From: an uncultured Verrucomicrobiales bacterium
Lineage (GTDB): Bacteria > Verrucomicrobiota > Verrucomicrobiia > JADLBR01 > JAIBCM01
Assembly: GCA_964435495.1 (NCBI GenBank)
Contig: CAYSZK010000001.1
Coordinates: 66,832 to 130,831 of the forward strand
Reading direction: 5' to 3'
DNA length: 64,000 nucleotides
Shown: positions 7,810-17,497 of the stretch, piece after piece
How positions within the stretch are numbered: the stretch's first letter is position 1
Layout: every line of letters starts with the position of its first letter
Notes under the pieces: generated by a model
Database searches by the model: none
Told to the model about the DNA's origin: nothing
The model's input: only the letters and a program-made list of their open reading frames with translations
Made by a program: the position numbers and the translations under genes

Positions 7810-10587
7810 TCAAACCCGTTCCCGGTGCAACGACGCATCCACCGCCGCGGCCATCCGGGCCGGGTCCGCCGCCGCAGTCAGGAAACCCGCAATCCGGCGG
7901 GCCGCGTCGAGGGGCGCGGTGAGGCACTGGTGGTGCGGCACGCGCAGCCAGCGGATGTCGGACCGCATCGCCAGTTGCGCCGTGATCTCCGCGGCCTGGC
8001 GCGCGATGGCGGAGGCTTCAAACCCCGCGGGGTTCGTGCGGGTTCCCGCCGTGTTCCGGGCGAGGCGGCCGAGCATGGCGCGCTGGGACTTTTCGATTTC
8101 CACCGCGTCGCGGTCCATGAATATGATTTCGTAGCGCGGTCCCGGCGGCAGGAAGGGCAGGAGCGGGGCGACGATCTTGACCGCCTTGCCGCGGGCATCT
8201 TTGAGCCAGGCCGTGTCACGGGCGATGCCCTTCACCTTGTCAAACTCCAGGTATCCCTTGGGATTGCTGGCGTCGGCGGCGCGGGCGCCGTCGCTGAGGA
8301 TGGCCACGCCTCCGGCGGCCAGCATTTGCATCATCATGGACGTGCCCGAGCGCGGCATGCCGGAGACGACGATGATGGCCTGGGCGGGATCGGACGGCCA
8401 ATCGTGGGGGCGCTCCGGGCGGTCGGGTGAGGGGTCGGGCGGGGGAGGGACGTTCGGAGCCTCGGGCGCGGGGTGGTGGAGGGCGGGGCGGGCTTCGGCG
8501 AGTTCCCTGTGGCGGGCGGCCTTGGCGGGGTCGTTGAGATGATGCTCGTAAAGGGCGGCGAGGCGTTTGTGCGCCTCGCGGAAGCCTGGGTTCTGGGCGG
8601 CGGCGATTTCGAAGGCCTGGGCGGCGCGCGGCGGATGGCCCAGACGATTGAAGCAAACGCCGATCACGTAATGGGCGCCTGGGAAATGGTACTGGACACC
8701 GACTGCGGCGAGGGCTTCGGCGGCGGCTTCCACGAACCGTTTGCCCCGTAGAAAGGCGCGGGCGAGTCCGTAGCGGGCGGAGGCGCAGTCGGGGTCGCGG
8801 GCGAGGGCTTTGCGGAAGGCCGTGGCGGCCTTGGCGGGATCGCCGAGTTTGAGGAAGACGTTGCCGATCTGGACGTGCAGGTCCGGAAGGCGGGGATTGG
8901 CGAGGGCCGCCTTTTCCAGGTGCTTGCGGGCGGCGGGAAAGTCGGCGGCGGCAACCGCCACGAGGCCGAGAAGGTAGTCGGGCAGGAACGGGTTGAGGAC
9001 GGCGCGCTGCCGCAAGGTTTGGAGCCGGCGCTGTTCGCCGGGGTTGAGGTCCTTGGGCTTCTCTTTGTGCCAGCCCTTCTTTTCGATTTCTTCGCGGGCT
9101 TCCGCGGCCAGGCGGACGCGGGTTTCGAGGAGGGCGTGGATCGTGTCGCGGAACTCGGGGATGCGTTCGAGTTGTTGATAGGTGTGGGCCAACTGGAACA
9201 GGAAACGGACCTCGTCGGGTTCCACGACGGCGAGTTCTTCGTAAATGGGCATGGCTTCGGCCGGGCGGCGGGCGTGGACGAGGGCCTGGGCAAGGTTGTA
9301 GGCGGCCTCCCGTTCCGTGCGCCACGCGGCCATCTCCCGGTTGGGGCCCGGGTCTTCGATATAACCCAGCTCGATGAGCTGCCGCAGGCCGGCGCGCGCT
9401 TCTTCGGGCGTGAGATTCTGGCGCGGCGGAAGCTGGCCGGACGCGCCGGGGATGGAGTCCCACGACGGCACGGATTCCGCGGGCGGGGATTGTTCCCACG
9501 CCTGGAGCAGCGGCCTGCCGTCCATGTCGGCGCCCACGGCGACGCCGAAATGGGTGAGGACGGTGGGGGCGATGTCGAGAAGGGAGGCGCCGGTGAGGCG
9601 TTCGTCGCGCCGGATGCCGGGGCCGGCCATGACGAAGATGCCAAAGGGACGGTGCTCGGCGGCGGGGCCGGCGGGTTCGTCGGGAATGACGGCGGGCCGG
9701 AGATGGTCGGGATGGAATCCGTGGTCGGAGACGAGCATGACGGTGGTGTCCGGGCCGGCGAGCCGGAGCAGGACGGAGAGCATGGCGTCGTGGAAACGGT
9801 AGGCGCCTTCGATCACGCCGCCGTAGATTTCGAAATCCTTTTTGGAAATCCACTCCTGGCGCGGCGGATGGTAGCGCATAAAGCCGTGGCTGTAGTGGTC
9901 AATGGCATCGTAATACACGGCCATGAGGTCCCAGGGTTCCAATTGCATGACGGCGGTCGCCGCGGCGTGGATGGTTGAGCATTCAGCGGTGATCTTGGCG
10001 AGCATCTCCGGGCGCCGATCTTTTTCCTGGTCAATTTTGGAGGCCTTGGGAATGAACGGCATGACCTGCGGGCCGGCGATTTCGCGGGGGTGGACGCGCA
10101 GTTTCTTGAGGGGCCCGGCAAGGCGTTCGGGATGGACTGTGCCTGGGCGCATGGCCCAGGGGACGCGCGGACGCCGGGGGGCCTTGTGAAAGAAATCGGA
10201 CACCATGACGCCGTTGATGGGCTCCGCGGGGTGGGACGGCCACCAGCCGATGACGTGGGTGCGGTATCCGGATTGGGAGAGGATGTTCCAGAAGGCCTTG
10301 GTCCGGCGCGTGCGCGAGGAGACGGGCTCGACAATTCCGGTGGCGGGATTGACCTCGGTGAAGCCGTGGACGCCATGTTTGTGGGCGTACTTGCCGGTGG
10401 CGATGGAGGTCCAGAGCATGGGCGAGAGGATGGGGCGGAGCGTGGCGAGGTTGCCGATGACGCCGCGTTCCACAAGCGACTGGAGGGCGGGCATTTTGCC
10501 GGCGTCCACAAGCGGGTGGATGACCTTCCAGTCGGCGGCGTCCCAGCCGACGAAGAGCAGTTTTCCAGGGTGCGGAGGAGTGGACAT
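7810..10587 (-). CDS. AlkP/phosphodiesterase domain + TPR repeats + C-terminal sulfotransferase domain
   Basis: GWDAAD, LSPMLWTSIATG, DAIDHYSH and SDHGF; TPR-like helices; SGMPRSGTSMMMQML PAPS-binding loop. Confidence 0.85.
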   Translation of the reverse strand: MSTPPHPGKLLFVGWDAADWKVIHPLVDAGKMPALQSLVERGVIGNLATLRPILSPMLWTSIATGKYAHKHGVHGFTEVNPATGIVEPVSSRTRRTKAFWNILSQSGYRTHVIGWWPSHPAEPINGVMVSDFFHKAPRRPRVPWAMRPGTVHPERLAGPLKKLRVHPREIAGPQVMPFIPKASKIDQEKDRRPEMLAKITAECSTIHAAATAVMQLEPWDLMAVYYDAIDHYSHGFMRYHPPRQEWISKKDFEIYGGVIEGAYRFHDAMLSVLLRLAGPDTTVMLVSDHGFHPDHLRPAVIPDEPAGPAAEHRPFGIFVMAGPGIRRDERLTGASLLDIAPTVLTHFGVAVGADMDGRPLLQAWEQSPPAESVPSWDSIPGASGQLPPRQNLTPEEARAGLRQLIELGYIEDPGPNREMAAWRTEREAAYNLAQALVHARRPAEAMPIYEELAVVEPDEVRFLFQLAHTYQQLERIPEFRDTIHALLETRVRLAAEAREEIEKKGWHKEKPKDLNPGEQRRLQTLRQRAVLNPFLPDYLLGLVAVAAADFPAARKHLEKAALANPRLPDLHVQIGNVFLKLGDPAKAATAFRKALARDPDCASARYGLARAFLRGKRFVEAAAEALAAVGVQYHFPGAHYVIGVCFNRLGHPPRAAQAFEIAAAQNPGFREAHKRLAALYEHHLNDPAKAARHRELAEARPALHHPAPEAPNVPPPPDPSPDRPERPHDWPSDPAQAIIVVSGMPRSGTSMMMQMLAAGGVAILSDGARAADASNPKGYLEFDKVKGIARDTAWLKDARGKAVKIVAPLLPFLPPGPRYEIIFMDRDAVEIEKSQRAMLGRLARNTAGTRTNPAGFEASAIARQAAEITAQLAMRSDIRWLRVPHHQCLTAPLDAARRIAGFLTAAADPARMAAAVDASLHRERV

Positions 10588-10610
10588 GGGAAGAGGGGCG
10601 GGGGGGGGAT

Positions 10611-12359
10611 TCAGGGGAGTTGTCGCACGGGTGGGGTGGGGGAATCAGCCGGGGAATTCCAGGCCGCCCGCAATCGGGCGACCTCGATCACGGAGAAGCG
10701 GTTGTCGCGGAACACAATGGCTTCCGGGGGGGGCTCGCGAAGGACGAGGTCCTCGCGGCGCAGGGTTTTGAGGAAGGCTTTGACGTCCGCCGGGGGAAGG
10801 CGTTCATAGCGTCCGCGTTTGCGGAAATCCTCCCCATAGCGGGCCGGGACGGCCAGGAGATGCGTGATCTTGTGGCGGTCGGCGATCCTGAGCATATCCT
10901 TTCGGTCGGTTGCGTACATGGCGCGCAGTCCGTCCCACGCGCGGGCGAACGCCTCGCGCCACAGGAGGGAATAGTAGGGCTGGTCGAGTTCGAAGCCGCA
11001 GAGGGCGGCCCGCCTGCCCCAGAAAGGGATGTCGTCGCCGTCGTTGGGATGGCTCGCCAACCGGGAGTCGGGGGGGAGCGTGTTCAAGAAATCGTACAGG
11101 GCCGCATGGTCTTCGCGGCGGATATTGGCGCCTTCGGAGGGTTCGTAGTTCCCGCCCCACAGCATCCAGAATCCCGCGACAAACGCCGCGCCAAGGAAGT
11201 TGCGGACTGTTTGTTGTGCCAGGAACGAGCGGCGCGGCGCCCGGAGCCCGCCGAGGGACGAAATCACGAAAGCGGCGGCCGCGGCGCCAAAGCCGTACTC
11301 CGGGTAGCGCTGGGGCAGGTAGAGCCTGAAAGCGAGGGCGGCGGCGGTCCAGTAACAGATGACGGACCCGCCGAATAACGCGGCGGCGGGCGCCGGGAGC
11401 GGAATCCGCCTCGCCGCGAGAGCCCACGCGAGGGCCGCGACGAGAGCCCACGCAAGGATCGCGGCGGGAGTCCCGGCCCAGCGGTTTGTGGCATCGTCCC
11501 CGGTGCGGGGGCGCGGATCGAAGATGGCGAGGTATTCCAGAACGCCTTCGGTGAAAGGGGTGAGAGGCGGCGGGGTGGCGATCTGCGGAATCCCGGCGTA
11601 ATAGGCGGGTTCGGCGGCAATGGCGGCGCGGGTGATGACGGGTCCCAGATCGCGATTGCCGGCGCGGCCCGCGCCGATCACCAAGGCACACGCGCCCAGC
11701 ATCCCGGCGGAAGCCGCAAGGTGGCGAACCCGCCGGGCGTGAGGGGGCGCAAAACACCCCGCCAAAGCCAGAAGGCCTTCGGCGGCGAGGATGATCAGCG
11801 TTGCGACCGGATAGATGCCGGCGCTCAGAACGGCGGCGAGCGCCCGAATGGGAAAGCGTCCAGACACCGCGCCGGCGATCCATAGGGCCAGCAAGGGAAC
11901 ACCGAAATGACGGGGCGTGCCGCCAATCCACCAGGGGAATCCGACCGCGGAAAGAATGACCATGGCGGACGCGCCGGGGCCCGCCCGCCGGGAGCGGGCG
12001 AGGACCCAGGCCGCGAGTCCGACGATGGCGAGGGACAGGAACTGGAACACCTTGGCCAGCCCATAGACGCCGGTGAGCGGTGCGAGGGCGCTTCCGAGCA
12101 GGCGCGGCAGGAGCGGCTGCATGGCAAGGCAGTTGGCGGTGACCGGGTCGTTGGCAAGCGGCGCGCCGGGCGTGAACTTGTGGAACCCGACGAGGTGCGT
12201 GCGCGCGTCATCGGTTTGGACGCCCGGATCGAAGAGCGCCCCCCAGGAACGGATCGTCCACGGGACGGCGAAGGAAACAAGGGCGGCGGCGAGGACGAGC
12301 AGGGAAAGCCGGTGGAGGAGAAGGGCTGTTGCCGGTTCCGGACGGTCACCGCGGATCAT
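10611..12359 (-). CDS. Polytopic membrane protein, putative GT-C glycosyltransferase
   Basis: About 10 hydrophobic segments; acidic QTDD motif after TM1; soluble C-terminal domain; start moved to ATG 12359. Confidence 0.55.
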   Translation of the reverse strand: MIRGDRPEPATALLLHRLSLLVLAAALVSFAVPWTIRSWGALFDPGVQTDDARTHLVGFHKFTPGAPLANDPVTANCLAMQPLLPRLLGSALAPLTGVYGLAKVFQFLSLAIVGLAAWVLARSRRAGPGASAMVILSAVGFPWWIGGTPRHFGVPLLALWIAGAVSGRFPIRALAAVLSAGIYPVATLIILAAEGLLALAGCFAPPHARRVRHLAASAGMLGACALVIGAGRAGNRDLGPVITRAAIAAEPAYYAGIPQIATPPPLTPFTEGVLEYLAIFDPRPRTGDDATNRWAGTPAAILAWALVAALAWALAARRIPLPAPAAALFGGSVICYWTAAALAFRLYLPQRYPEYGFGAAAAAFVISSLGGLRAPRRSFLAQQTVRNFLGAAFVAGFWMLWGGNYEPSEGANIRREDHAALYDFLNTLPPDSRLASHPNDGDDIPFWGRRAALCGFELDQPYYSLLWREAFARAWDGLRAMYATDRKDMLRIADRHKITHLLAVPARYGEDFRKRGRYERLPPADVKAFLKTLRREDLVLREPPPEAIVFRDNRFSVIEVARLRAAWNSPADSPTPPVRQLP

Positions 12360-12571
12360 CCGGCGAGGATGCCTGAGGGCGGGGGGAGACGACAAGGAGG
12401 AACGGGTCTTGCGCCCCCGTCGATGGGGTCCATGGCCGCATCCAGCCCTCTCCAGGGGGCGGTATGTGAAAGAGCGGGCCGCCCGCGCGTGCGACGCCAC
12501 TTTGCAGGCAGCCGCGAACCGGGGTCAATTTCGCGCTGGAGCGGGGCGGAATCGGGGGTAATCAGGGCGGC

Positions 12572-14239
12572 ATGCTCCGGCTTCTGCGCGTGCGCAATCT
12601 TGCCTTGGTCGAGGACCTCACCTGGGAGCCGGGACCGGGTTTCACGGTGATGACCGGGGAAACGGGTGCGGGCAAATCGAGCGTGGGGGGGGCGTTGTCC
12701 CTGGTGCTGGGGGATCGCGCGGACAAGTCGTTGATCCGGACGGGCGCGGACGGTTGCACGGTGGAGGCGGAATGGGAGCTGGGGGACGGGGCGTTGTTGG
12801 CGGGGGTGGCGGAGGCGCTGGAACGGTGCGGCGCGGAGCCGTGCGAGGATCGGGTGCTGCGGCTCAAGCGTTCGGTGTCGGCGGCGGGGCAGAATCGGCA
12901 GTTCCTCAACGGCTCGCCGGTGACGCTGCAGGTGTTGCGGGAGATCGGGGGGCGGCTGGGAGACTTTCACGGGCCGCACGACCATCAATCGCTGCTCTCG
13001 ACGGAGACCCAGCGGGAGTTGTTGGACGCCTACGCGGGGGCCGGTGGGGCGGCGGCGGAGGTGCGCGGGGCGTGGCAGGAGGCGCAGCGGCTGGAGACGG
13101 CGTTGCGGGAGATTGAGGCGGAGACGGCGGCGTCGGAGCGGGAGGTCCAGTTGCTGGCGTTCCAGGTGGACGAGATTGAGAAGGCGGGTTTGGCGCCCGG
13201 GGAGGACGTGGAGATTGGGACGCGGATGGAGGCGGCGCACAACTTCCGGCGGCTGAGCGAATTGACGGGGTTGTTGGCGGCGCAACTGGAGGGGGAGGAA
13301 GACTCGTTGACGGACCGGGTTGCGGCGGTGGAACGGAACCTGAGCGAGCTGGTGGCGTTGGACAAGCGGGCGGCGGGGATGGAAGAGCTTCTGGAGACGG
13401 CGCGGACGTCGTTGAACGAACTGGGCCGGGAACTGGGGCATTACACCTCGGGCCTGGAGGTGGACCCGGCGGAGTTGGCGCGGATCGAGGAGCGCTACAA
13501 TTTGTTGGCGGGCCTGAAGCGGAAGCATGGGCCGTCCCTTGCGGAGGTGATACGGAGGGGGGAGGAGGGGCGGGCGCGATTGAACCGGATGGAGAACCGG
13601 GAGGAGGAGCTGAAAAAGGCGCGCGAAGCGGCGGCGGGGGCGCGTCTGGCGTTTCAGAAACAGGCGGAGGCGTTGTCGAAGGCGCGCGGGGCGGCGGCGG
13701 GGCGGCTGGGGAAGGCGATCACGGCGGAGTTGCGGGACCTGGGATTTGAGAAGGCGGTGTTGGAGGTGCGTGTGGGGCGGTTGGAGGCGGCGGGGCCGCA
13801 CGGTCTGGACGCGGTGGAGTTCCAGTTTGCGCCGAACGTGGGGGAGGGCGCGAAGCCGTTGCGTTCGATAGCGTCGAGCGGGGAGATGGCGCGGGTGATG
13901 CTGGCGATCAAGGGCGTGCTGGCGGCGCAGGACACGGTGCCGCTGCTGGTGTTTGACGAGGTGGACGCAAATGTGGGCGGGGAGACGGGGACGAAGGTGG
14001 GCCGGAAACTGCGGGGGCTTGGGGCGGCGCGGCAGGTGCTGTGCGTGACCCATTTGCCGCAGGTGGCGGCGCTGGGAGCGGCGCACTATCAAGTGAGCAA
14101 GGCGACAAAAGGCGAGCGGACCTTCACCCAACTGGATTTGCTGGACGGGGAGGGGCGTGTGGAGGAGTTGGCCCGGATGTTGGGCGGGGCCAACGCGAGC
14201 AGCCGCGATCTTGCGCGGGCGATGCTGGGGGGATGCTGA
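12572..14239 (+). CDS. recN: DNA repair protein RecN
   Basis: TGETGAGKS, FHGPHDHQSLL, SSGEMARVML, LVFDEVD and CVTHLPQVAA. Confidence 0.97.
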   Translation: MLRLLRVRNLALVEDLTWEPGPGFTVMTGETGAGKSSVGGALSLVLGDRADKSLIRTGADGCTVEAEWELGDGALLAGVAEALERCGAEPCEDRVLRLKRSVSAAGQNRQFLNGSPVTLQVLREIGGRLGDFHGPHDHQSLLSTETQRELLDAYAGAGGAAAEVRGAWQEAQRLETALREIEAETAASEREVQLLAFQVDEIEKAGLAPGEDVEIGTRMEAAHNFRRLSELTGLLAAQLEGEEDSLTDRVAAVERNLSELVALDKRAAGMEELLETARTSLNELGRELGHYTSGLEVDPAELARIEERYNLLAGLKRKHGPSLAEVIRRGEEGRARLNRMENREEELKKAREAAAGARLAFQKQAEALSKARGAAAGRLGKAITAELRDLGFEKAVLEVRVGRLEAAGPHGLDAVEFQFAPNVGEGAKPLRSIASSGEMARVMLAIKGVLAAQDTVPLLVFDEVDANVGGETGTKVGRKLRGLGAARQVLCVTHLPQVAALGAAHYQVSKATKGERTFTQLDLLDGEGRVEELARMLGGANASSRDLARAMLGGC

Positions 14240-14270
14240 CAGGAACCCGCTTTCCGGCCCCCCCGGGGCA

Positions 14271-14474
14271 TCAGCCGGCTTTGGGTGGTTCTTCGCGCAG
14301 GACGGTGGCCGCTTTTTCCGGCCCGCGGCGCGGCACATGATGCACGAGCCGGCCGCCGCGCTTCTCCTGCTCGCTGACAAGCCAGGCAAAGTATTTGGCA
14401 AAATCGCCGCCGTGTTCGGACACCAGTTCATCGCGCGCGCGCCAGACTTCCTCGATTGGATCTTTCGTTTTCAT
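14271..14474 (-). CDS. Small protein coupled downstream of PIN gene (putative antitoxin)
   Basis: 67 aa, DPIEEVWRARDEL; ATGA overlap with the PIN stop. Confidence 0.65.
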   Translation of the reverse strand: MKTKDPIEEVWRARDELVSEHGGDFAKYFAWLVSEQEKRGGRLVHHVPRRGPEKAATVLREEPPKAG

Positions 14475-14956
14475 GGCTCAGGTACTATTCCCATAAGTTC
14501 CTTCGGTGTGCAAACCACGGGGCAGGCATACCCCGCCTGACGGCAAGCGCCCTGAATGTCCCGTATGGTCGCCGCGTTGTTGATGTGACGGCAGTTCCAG
14601 GTCATTAGAAAATCAATGTTCCACCGCGCGGCGATGGCGATGTGCAAAGCATCGGCTTTGGCACGGGCAGGAATAACGCCCGTGGCAAAGATGGCCTCCT
14701 CGACTTTCCAAACTTCCGAATCGATTGCCAGTTCTCCGCATTCCGCCAGGGCGGCCAACCTCGCTGCACTTGCCGTGGTGTCCCCTCGCGACGTTTCCGC
14801 AAGCACGGCGAAGGAGACGTAAAGAACAAACGCCTTTCGCCGTTTCTCCCACCATTCCCGAGTGGCGATTTGCTGCGCGAGAATCTCCACGTCCCGGTTC
14901 GGCCACGCCGTCAGCAGGCTCGGAATCGTTGTTTCGATATAGACGGTCGGTTTCAT
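14471..14956 (-). CDS. PIN-domain (VapC-like) protein
   Basis: VYIETTIPS, ADALHIAIA and LMTWNCRHI PIN motifs. Confidence 0.85.
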   Translation of the reverse strand: MKPTVYIETTIPSLLTAWPNRDVEILAQQIATREWWEKRRKAFVLYVSFAVLAETSRGDTTASAARLAALAECGELAIDSEVWKVEEAIFATGVIPARAKADALHIAIAARWNIDFLMTWNCRHINNAATIRDIQGACRQAGYACPVVCTPKELMGIVPEP

Positions 14957-15150
14957 CGGCTCAGTCCGCGTCCATGATTCGCTTGAGCAGCCCGTCCAGG
15001 CCCTCGAAGCCGGGAGGTGGACTCGGCACCGCTTGCGGCAACATGAGGCACGAGAGACTGCTTACCGTTCCAAGCCGCTCTCCGCAACCCGCAATTGTCC
15101 GCTTGCCCCGCGATGCGCACCGCAAACTTCCCAAACGCCATGTTTGATGG

Positions 15151-15162
15151 GAAAACGCTTTC
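15151..15162. promoter_or_regulatory. Candidate LacI-family operator
   Basis: Near-palindrome GAAAACGCTTTC with central CG, about 140 bp upstream of the sugar operon. Confidence 0.3.
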
Positions 15163-15301
15163 GGCCCTCCGGGGCGCCGGCCCGGAGTTTGAAGCATGTG
15201 ATACTGTTGTGAGGGGGAGAGCGGCCCCGCTGCGCGCCGTGGGCGCACTTCCAGTTGGCAATCAGCGCGATTTCCGTCCAGAGTGCGCTAATGACTTGGA
15301 G

Positions 15302-16393
15302 ATGGCGGTTGTGACGTCGGCGGTGGCGGGCTGGTGGATGGTGGCGGCGTGCGCCGGCGAGGGGGGCGGGCTGCATTTGTACCGTTGGGACGGCGGGACG
15401 GGCGGGTTGGAGCGGGTGGCGGTGGCGCCGGGGTTGGGGGCGGCGGGATTTGTGGCGGCGCATCCGAAGGGGCGGGTGGTGTACGCGGTGTTCGACGAGG
15501 GTGGAGCGCGCGAACCGAGCGGGCGGGTTCAGGCGTTTCGGTTGGTGGCCGGGGGCGGGATGGAGGCGATGAACCGGAAATCGACAAGTGGTTCATCGGC
15601 GTGCCATGTGTCGGTCTCGCCGGACGGGACGAAGTTGATGGTGGCGAATTACCGGGGCATCCGCGGGGAGGCGGGTTCCCAGGGGAGCGTGGATGTGTTC
15701 GCCCTGGAGCCGGACGGGTCCATCGGGGCGCGGCTGTTTGAGGGGCGGCATGAGGGGTCGGGCCCGCATCCGCAGCGGCAGACCGTGTCGCATCCGCATT
15801 CGATGACACCGCATCCCGGCGGGCGGTGGGCGGTGGCGCCGGACCTGGGGGTGGACCGCGTGGAGATTTACCGGATAGACGGAAAGGTGGAGCGGGCGGG
15901 CTCGATCCCGGTGCCGGCGGGGAGCGGGCCGCGGCACGCGGCGTTTGCGGACGGCGGGCGGCTTCTGTTTGTGATCATGGAACTGTCGAACCGGATGCAC
16001 GCGTATCGGTTTGACGCGGAGCGCGGGACAGCGGAGGCGTTGGCGGACGCATCGACCCTGCCGCCGGGGCATGCGGGCGGGGGCGCGTGCGCGGAGGTGC
16101 GCGTGCTGGAGCGGGCGGGGCTGGTGTTTGGGTCCAACCGCGGGCACGAGAGCATCGTGGCGTTTGACTACGATGCGGGGACGGGGGCGATGCGGGCGCC
16201 GGTGTGGACAGGGGGCGCGACTGGGCCGCGGGGGTTTGTGTTGTCGCCGGAGGGGCGGTGGCTGGTGGCGGGCAGCACAAGCGACAACGTGATGCGGGTA
16301 TTTGCGGTGAATGAAAAGACGGGCGGATTGGAATTGCGGGATACCGTGGGTGCGCCGTCACCGCAGGCGTTTGAGTTTGTAGTGGCGTTCTGA
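15302..16393 (+). CDS. Lactonase, 6-phosphogluconolactonase-family beta-propeller
   Basis: ACHVSVSPDG..LMVANY, HPHS, DLGVD, GSGPRH and SNRGHES; start approximate. Confidence 0.85.
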   Translation: MAVVTSAVAGWWMVAACAGEGGGLHLYRWDGGTGGLERVAVAPGLGAAGFVAAHPKGRVVYAVFDEGGAREPSGRVQAFRLVAGGGMEAMNRKSTSGSSACHVSVSPDGTKLMVANYRGIRGEAGSQGSVDVFALEPDGSIGARLFEGRHEGSGPHPQRQTVSHPHSMTPHPGGRWAVAPDLGVDRVEIYRIDGKVERAGSIPVPAGSGPRHAAFADGGRLLFVIMELSNRMHAYRFDAERGTAEALADASTLPPGHAGGGACAEVRVLERAGLVFGSNRGHESIVAFDYDAGTGAMRAPVWTGGATGPRGFVLSPEGRWLVAGSTSDNVMRVFAVNEKTGGLELRDTVGAPSPQAFEFVVAF

Positions 16394-16396
16394 CGG

Positions 16397-17485
16397 ATGA
16401 GCGCGGACCCAGATTCGAGACGGGCGAAAGTGGGCGTGATCGGGTGCGGCCGGATCAGCGCGGCGTATTTGAGGACGTTGACGGGGCCGTTGGCCGGGGT
16501 GGTGGAGGTGGCGGCGTGCGCGGACCTGGCGCGGGAGAAGGCGGCGGCGCGTGCGGCGGAGTTCGGGGTGGGGCGTGTGTGCGGGGTGGAGGAGTTGTTG
16601 GCGGACCCGGAGATAGGGATCGTGGCGAACCTGACCATTCCGGAGGCGCACCTGGAGGTGACGCGCGCGGCATTGGAGGCGGGGAAGCACGTGTATTCCG
16701 AGAAACCGCTGGCGTTGAGCGCGGGGGACGGGCTGGCGCTGCGGGATTTGGCGGCGGGCAAGGGGTTGCTGCTGGGTTCGGCGCCGGACACGATTTTGGG
16801 GGCGGGCTGGCAGACGTGCCGGCGGTTGTTGGATGAGGGGGCCATTGGGGAGGTGGTGGGCGCGGTGGCGACGGTGTTGATGGGGGCGCTGTCGCCGGGT
16901 TATTACCGGCGGGGGGTTGGGGTGGTGCTGGACATGGGACCGTATGTGGTGGGCGGGATGATCGCGTTGCTGGGCCCGGTACGGCGGCTGATGGCGGTGA
17001 CGCGCACGCCGGAGCGGCTGGAGTGGGCGGGGGAGGCGTTCGCGCCCGAGGAACCGGCGGTGGGCGGGGCGCTTCTGGAATTTGCGGGCGGGGTACTGGG
17101 GCAGGTATTTTTTGCGACGCGTGTGGCGTACGATCCGCGGGTCCGGATACTGGGCACGCACGCGGTGTTGCTGGCGGGCGACCCGAACCATTTCAACAGC
17201 CCTGTGGGCGTGCGGAACGGAAAGGGGATAGTGGAGGATGTGCCCCTGGATTTCGCGTTTCGGGAGAAGAGCGGGCGTGGCGCGGGGATCGCGGACATGG
17301 CGTTGGCGGCGGAGGAGGGTCGGGCGGCGCGGGTGGGCGCGGACCTGGCGTGCCACACCAACGAAGTGTTGCACGGGATTTTGGAGGCGGGCCGGACGGG
17401 AGCCGCGATGACGATGCAAACGACGTGCGCGCGTCCGGCGCCGATGCGGAGCGAGGGCGTGCCCGGCTGTTTTGGGCTTGCGTGA
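16397..17485 (+). CDS. Gfo/Idh/MocA family oxidoreductase
   Basis: IGCGRIS Rossmann motif; GKHVYSEKP; G.GVVLDMGPY. Confidence 0.9.
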   Translation: MSADPDSRRAKVGVIGCGRISAAYLRTLTGPLAGVVEVAACADLAREKAAARAAEFGVGRVCGVEELLADPEIGIVANLTIPEAHLEVTRAALEAGKHVYSEKPLALSAGDGLALRDLAAGKGLLLGSAPDTILGAGWQTCRRLLDEGAIGEVVGAVATVLMGALSPGYYRRGVGVVLDMGPYVVGGMIALLGPVRRLMAVTRTPERLEWAGEAFAPEEPAVGGALLEFAGGVLGQVFFATRVAYDPRVRILGTHAVLLAGDPNHFNSPVGVRNGKGIVEDVPLDFAFREKSGRGAGIADMALAAEEGRAARVGADLACHTNEVLHGILEAGRTGAAMTMQTTCARPAPMRSEGVPGCFGLA

Positions 17486-17497
17486 GGAGCGGCGGCG

